Assembly: GCA_950097015.1 (NCBI GenBank)
Contig: CATNEN010000003.1
Coordinates: 12,834,001 to 12,898,000, forward strand
Reading direction: 5' to 3'
Source: Macrostomum hystrix
Taxonomy: Eukaryota > Animalia > Platyhelminthes
DNA: 64,000 bases
The position numbers were made by a program, and so were the translations under genes. The notes beneath the pieces are model-generated. The model was not told where the DNA came from. It made no database searches and saw only the letters and a program-made list of their open reading frames with translations. Shown in pieces: positions 58,344 to 64,000 of this stretch (positions are counted from its first letter, which is position 1; each line of letters begins with the position of its first letter).

Positions 58344-61300
58344 TCAGTAGGTATTGTTCATATCAGTGAAGCACAGGTAGAGCATTGCAGCCAGCATCAA
58401 GCAGACGGCAATGATTAGGCAGATCCAGAACATGTACGCTTCCCATGGCTTCTTGTCGAGATTCTTGAGCACAGGTATGCCAACCAAGAAGCCAAATAGT
58501 AGACCGCCGACATGCGCCAGAAAGCTGACCCTATTGTCCTCGTTCAGTCCGTAGCGCTGGTAGAGGGCAATGCCGAAGTCTAGGACAATCAGCAACACCA
58601 GGACTATCAAGCGCATAACACCGCTGAGCAGAAAGTTGAGTATGCTGCTGAAGCTACCTCCTTCGCGGGCTGAGAGATAGCACCTCAGCCAGTCCTTCTG
58701 CAGCTCCTGCCAGTTCATCACCACCAGGGCGATGTGAGCACCCATGAGGGCGTAGCAGCCACCGCTGGCTCCGACTAGCTGCGTACTGTGATCGAACACG
58801 GCGGAACACACCGAGCCGCCTAATGAGTTGATAGATTGATAGATTGATAGATTGATAGATTGATAGCTTCATATTAGCATATTAAACATAATTAGCTAAT
58901 ATGTTGGAAGGCAAGTGGCATCGCGGTATACGCGTTAACCTCTCGCACTAAGGTCCCTGAGCTCGATTCTGCGGTGAGACCGCATTCATTTGGGGCCCAG
59001 CCGCGGAGAGAAGGCTTTGGGGCTTGTCGTGCAATTTGCGCCCTTAAGGGCCAACCTCCAAGGCACAGTGAGAGTGTACACTGCCTGACGATGAGAAATT
59101 CAGGGCAGGTGTACACACCTGTGTGCGTGTGTGCTCAGGAGTCAGCGAAATGAGCGGAATTGCCTCCACGCTGGCTGCGGGTCTAGTGTCACCAAATGAT
59201 GTGCCATTGCCCACGGCCCCCTGCAAAAATAAACCATTTTCATTTTTTACTTGATATTGTGTTCCGTTCTTTTATTTATTGCTTGATTTTTGTTCAGTTT
59301 GAAGTGTGTTGATTGAATGGTCAGGAGTTCGAATCTCCGAAACATTGTCTTTGCTAAGACACTTAACTCACCGAGAACACCAGCCATAAACGAGGGCCCA
59401 ACACGCCAGGCTTTGTGCACCAGCTCCAGAGGAATGCCCAGCGCAATCTGGATAGCGAGATTGAACAGAATGTGGTGATAGCCGCAGTGCACCAGCATGT
59501 AGCTGATGAACCGCCAGGCCTCCTTTTTATTCTTCGGATTGAACACCAGCGGCGAATTTTCGGGTAGGCCAGTTGTCCAAGAGACCATGTTCTTAGGGTC
59601 GCCAATGTTGTTAAGCTCGACCGCGTAGACGATAAAGCAAATAATCTGCATGCAAAATAAGCATAAAATTCCATCGTCACATAGGCGTAGGAACGGGGGG
59701 GACAGTGGGGCCATGGCCCCCCCACTTTTTAAGTTGGGGGGGCCAGTAATGAGATCTGGCCCCCCCCCCCACATTTTAAATGCAAAATGTTGACTTTTTG
59801 CTTACTTTTTACTCTTATTTTTGGATTTTGCTGCTTTTTAGGGACTATTTGGGATTTTTTCGGGGAAATGGATCCTCCCCTTGGCCTTGGCCCCCCCCCC
59901 ACTTTTTTAATCATTCCTACGCCTATGCACCGTCACAATCTGTATGGTCATAGATATTAGATAGCTAGCACCTTTGCCTACTTTTAATTGATCTCGTGCG
60001 ATATCGAACTGGGAGATAAACTCCGGTGGGAGTTAGTGAGATTAACAACTGGAGAGAGGCGAGGAGAGTCGAAAGCCACTATGGGCCACAGACGAAAGTT
60101 GGGGAGAGAAGCTTGCTTGAATGCTCGAACTTGACACGCTGTTACGATCGATCGCAACTTTGCGAAATATCCTGTTTCTCTTAAAATCGTATGTCTCTGG
60201 CAGATCTGACCAGTCCAGTCCTTATTGAAGAAGAGAGCAATTTTTCTGATTAACTGTTTAACGGTAGAAAGGCCGTGCATGGTATATTCAAATACCCATA
60301 TTTTTTCTGTGTGTCCTAAAATATTCAACCAATCGCCATCAAAATCCAGGACTAGGCCTAAGGTTTTCTGCTCTATCCGATTAAACAACTTCCAGAATCA
60401 CAAAACATCAGCATCGTCGAGATATTCAACGGTTCTTGTCGAGGTGTCAGCGGGCCCAAACAACCAATAAAGGCATCTTTTTCTGCTATAAAATTTCGTC
60501 CTGTAACAATGTGGGCTATTATTGATTTATGTTGACTATATTGAACTGATTATAGTTTTAACAGACTTTCTAAGGAAAATTGTTCATTTGGTTTGGGAGC
60601 TATCATGAAGTAAGGTAGTCGGTATGTGAAATACCCGCTTGTGGTCGTTCCCCCTGGGATACATTATGTGACCATCTTGTTGTTAAAATATCAATGACAC
60701 AATGTCGAGCAAGCAGCAACAAAATTAGCAAATTCGTATCAGCTGATGGAATGGTCATAGGCAAAGTGGAACCAACTTGCACACACCTGTGCCAGGCAGC
60801 AAACTGGTATGAATATCGGCGGCGGTCTGCAGTTGTAGGCCTCCAGGTAAGTCTCATAGTCCTTCTCATCCACGCCGCCATCCAGCTTATCAGTCCCGTC
60901 CACTTGAATGCTCTGCTTCTTGTGCCTCTCGACAGCGGGCACCGTGGCACGAATGACGCTGACGATGAGACGCTGGCTTCTGGACAGGTCTTGACGTCGG
61001 GTTATTGTTACCTGTAGTTTTGGTAAGAATTCATTTCACAAACCGTTTTTAGTGACTTCATGTCGTTTGAAAATATACTCGTGGCTATAGCAGATTGCTA
61101 TTTGTAGATCGCCGTATATGTAAAACTATAGCATTGGTCTTAAAGCCCACGCATTACAACAACTCGTATGGAAGTCCCGCAATTGTTTACTAATATTATA
61201 AACCATAATTAGAAATTAATCTAATTTCGTGAATGAAGTGAGTAAAGAACCAATTGGAATAAGGAACTAACTTCATTAGACTGTTTATCGAAGTTGACTT

Positions 61301-62460
61301 CCTCCAGCTTGCAGGAATGGCAAAACTAATAACTGTTTCTCGACCCCACAGCTCAGGTGCGCCAAGTTTACAGAATGTTTATAGAGAGAAGAACATATCA
61401 CAACTAAATTCCTAGATGTTTTGTAAACTATGCTAGGGTGCCATTAACTGACGAGCTATATGCAAAGAAAAGGATTTAAATTTTACGGGCTAGACAACAT
61501 TGTAAGCAAATCATGACAAGGATGTGTTAGAGACTTGCACTCATTGACGTGACAAACAAAGCTTGAAATATTGTGGCTTGAAAGTTGGCTCACTTGACAA
61601 ATCCATATTTTGAACGTTAGGGGGAATAATCATAGTTATTATTATTGCAGGAGGCCATCGGGAAATGGCTCGTAATTTGGTGAAACTAGACCCGCAGCCA
61701 GCGAGGAGAGGCAATTCTGCCCATTTCGCTGACTCCTGAGCACACACGCACACAGATACCGTACGCAGACACACGCTCACACAGATGTGTACATCTGTAC
61801 TGTCGACTTTCTCATCGTCAGGCAGTGTACTACACTCTCACTGTGCCTTGGAGGTTGGCCCTCAATGGCGTTAATCGTATGACAAGCCCCCAAGCCTTCT
61901 CTCCGCGGCTGCGCCCCAAATGAATGAGGCCTCGATGCGGAATCGAGCTCAGGGACCTTGGTGCGAGAGGCAAACGCGTTAACCGCTTTGCCCACTCACC
62001 CCTAACGTCATAAAAAATCCTTGAGTTGGTTAATGTAAATAAGAACCTTGGAGAAGAACTCCAGCCAAGAGATTCGGCCGTCCCTGTTGGCGTCCATGTT
62101 CCTCATGAGCCGGTGCAGCTTGCCCTGTCTCAACTGCTCAGCGTTCGGATCCTCGCTCAAGATTTGCACCATCCGCAGGGTTGGGATCCCACCTGATGCT
62201 TCGAACGGCTCAAAGTAGTGCCGAAAATTGCTTTCGAGCCACACCTTGTACTCGTCCTCATTTCTGGGATGTCGCAAATGTGGCGTCAATTGCGTTTGAT
62301 CGTCCAGTCGATCAGCAAGCTCCAGCGAGTGTTGCGTTACAGGCGTGGAGTATTGACGCCGATAATCTGTGGCGATGTCAAACGAATTTGCGGACGCTTC
62401 ATTATCTGACGCTGAGAATGGTCTGCTAGCGCCACCAGCGCCATCGCGGTCGCGATGCAT
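58344..62460 (-). CDS. Rhomboid intramembrane serine protease with N-terminal EF-hand (RHBDL1-3/Rhomboid-4-like); exons 62460-62047, 61011-60787, 59645-59372, 58819-58344
   Basis: EF-hand DANRDGRISWLEF; YNCRPPPIFI; EAWRFISYMLVHCGYHHILFN..LGIPLELVH; catalytic VGASGG and SFLAHVGG; junctions in phase. Confidence 0.93.
58915..59226 (+). mobile_element. SINE family B copy 6 (near full length), rhomboid intron 3
   Basis: Shared body from head to cctgcaaaaataaa tail. Confidence 0.87.
59680..59927. mobile_element. hAT-type MITE
   Basis: Perfect 14-bp TIR CATAGGCGTAGGAA / TTCCTACGCCTATG; 8-bp TSD CATCGTCA / CACCGTCA (1 mismatch); internal G/C runs. Confidence 0.9.
59984..60480 (-). mobile_element. 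Probable decayed Gypsy-like reverse transcriptase fragment in rhomboid intron 2
   Basis: Minus strand reads EYLDD (about 60413-60427), then after a disruption FNRIEQ..LGL..ILGH..TVKQL, the motif order of LTR-retrotransposon RT palm/thumb. Confidence 0.4.
61644..61995 (-). mobile_element. SINE family B copy 7 (near full length), rhomboid intron 1
   Basis: Reverse complement of the whole body with an (AAT)n-like tail. Confidence 0.87.
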
Positions 62461-62998
62461 CTCTGAAAATAAATCTCGTGACAATAAAAAAAAGAAGAGA
62501 GAGAGAGGCAAAATCTGAATATCTTCTTTCTCTTCTGTCTCTGCTGGCTTAGAAAAATATTTATACTGAGCGGCTGTGCACATGGTACACCGGGTAGTCC
62601 CGCAGCCTACCCAAATACTTTACTTGAAGGCTTGTATTCAAGTTCGATAGAGTGCGGAGCAGTAAAGCCAGATCAGCAACCCCTGCAACCTGCCTTATTT
62701 AGCAACAGGTCTAGGTGTGTTCACGGGCAACGCTGAAGAGAGACGCAGCTAAGAGAGAGAAGTGCAGTATAGTTTGACAGATGCGAAAATAGCACTGCGC
62801 ACTGAGGGTGAGCACACCAACAATTGTTTAAGAGTTTAACAATGCACTGGAGCCGTATGTCAATGAAGCATGCAATTTGGACTATGCGGTACTATGAGGT
62901 CGTACATTAAAAATATTTTTTTATTTAGTTGAAGTGGTCAGGTTCTTGAATCGCTCATCCGAAAAAAGGAAATAATTTTACTTACCATAATAATAAGA

Positions 62999-63272
62999 AC
63001 TGCTGTCGGGCTGTGGGCAATGGCACATCATTTGGTGACAGTAGACCCGCAGCCAGCGAGGAGGCAATTCTGCCAATCCCGCTGACTCCCGAGAACACAC
63101 TTACACAGGTATGTACATCTGTCCTGACTTTCTCATCGTCAGGCAGTGCGCACTGCACTCTCCCAGTGCCCTGTGAGGTTGGCCCTCACAGGCGTAAGTT
63201 GCACGACAAGCACCCAAGCCTTCTCTCCGCGGCTGCGCCCCAAATGAATGTGGCCTCGCCGCGGAATCGAAC
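62999..63272 (-). mobile_element. SINE family B copy 8 (5'-truncated)
   Basis: Reverse complement of the shared body from the B box to the 3' end. Confidence 0.85.
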
Positions 63273-64000
63273 GCATGGAGCATTAGCAGGTTTACCATTC
63301 ACCCCTATCCACTTACCATATATGCGGTTAAATCGATTGTAATGCATTAGAAATTTAGAGGAACAAAAATAGCACCCAATTTCTGATAAATGCTTTATTG
63401 ATTTTCAAAGGCCGCATTTTTTCGGCGCAATTTTACCGCACCAGAAAGGAAAAAAAGCTCTCATCTAACATATACAACCGTTGCTTAATGCTGCCTTTAT
63501 TGTTGATTATGTAGGTAAGTTTTTCGTCTATTTTTACGGTATTAAAAGTTTTCTAATGTAGCATTAAGCACTAAGCTTCGAGGTCGAAGAAAGGTCGACG
63601 AAAGTTCAAAGATGATGTCTGCGCTCTGGCTAGTGTTCTAAGGCAAGCACTAATGAACTATTTAATACAGGCAAATATATGCCTACAAGTTCTGGTAAAT
63701 TAAAATTTCCGATGTGTCACCACTGATCTTTCAATCGTGAAAAAATCTGTGGACATGTCATACCGACTAAAAGTGTAAAAGTGACGTCATTGACTTAAAC
63801 ATGTGTGTTGGATCTCTGCTTTGTATTTGCTCATACCCTCCAGTTTAAACCGAAATCAATTAATAACTCCAATACACTTTAAGAGGTTTGAAAATCACAA
63901 CAGAGTCTCAAAAGTCAATGGCAGAGGCTAAACACAATTGCAATGAACTGTCTAAGGCAGGGATCAGATAACTACCTTACGAAAGCGGGCAGACCCGGAC

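Overview
Eukaryotic (animal) genomic DNA, not prokaryotic: GC-richer exons with GT-AG introns, AT-rich intergenic DNA and more than 25 different minisatellite arrays, many of them intronic. The overall style suggests a flatworm such as Macrostomum, but this is an unverified inference. Genes assembled by hand from splice sites: last exon of a CPEB2-4/Orb2-type gene (+), a UXS1 pseudogene (-), a GT32 (SUR1/MIPC-synthase-like) glycosyltransferase (+), a divergent CPEB1/Orb-type gene (-), an intact UXS1 (+), TMEM94 (+, 13 exons), a degenerate GT31-like gene (+), a CNNM/DUF21-CBS gene (-) and an EF-hand rhomboid protease (-). Mobile DNA: a CORE-type tRNA-SINE (2 copies plus a fragment), a second tRNA-headed SINE (8 copies), two hAT-type MITEs, a probable CMC/EnSpm-type MITE and probable Gypsy remnants. 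Most notable: (1) the 8-copy SINE carries a conserved hairpin with hammerhead core nucleotides in order and a 14-nt match to the HDV ribozyme P3/L3, although neither fold is complete; (2) inverted copies of that SINE bracket internal exons in two genes (circRNA/dsRNA potential); (3) the inverted UXS1 pair is a mosaic, with diverged exon 1 and near-identical exons 2-3 (gene-conversion signature), and gives a filled/empty SINE site; (4) MITEs appear to seed minisatellites; (5) a perfect 48-bp palindrome. The long ORFs in the track at 42.3-45 kb and 55.7-57.9 kb are satellite artefacts.
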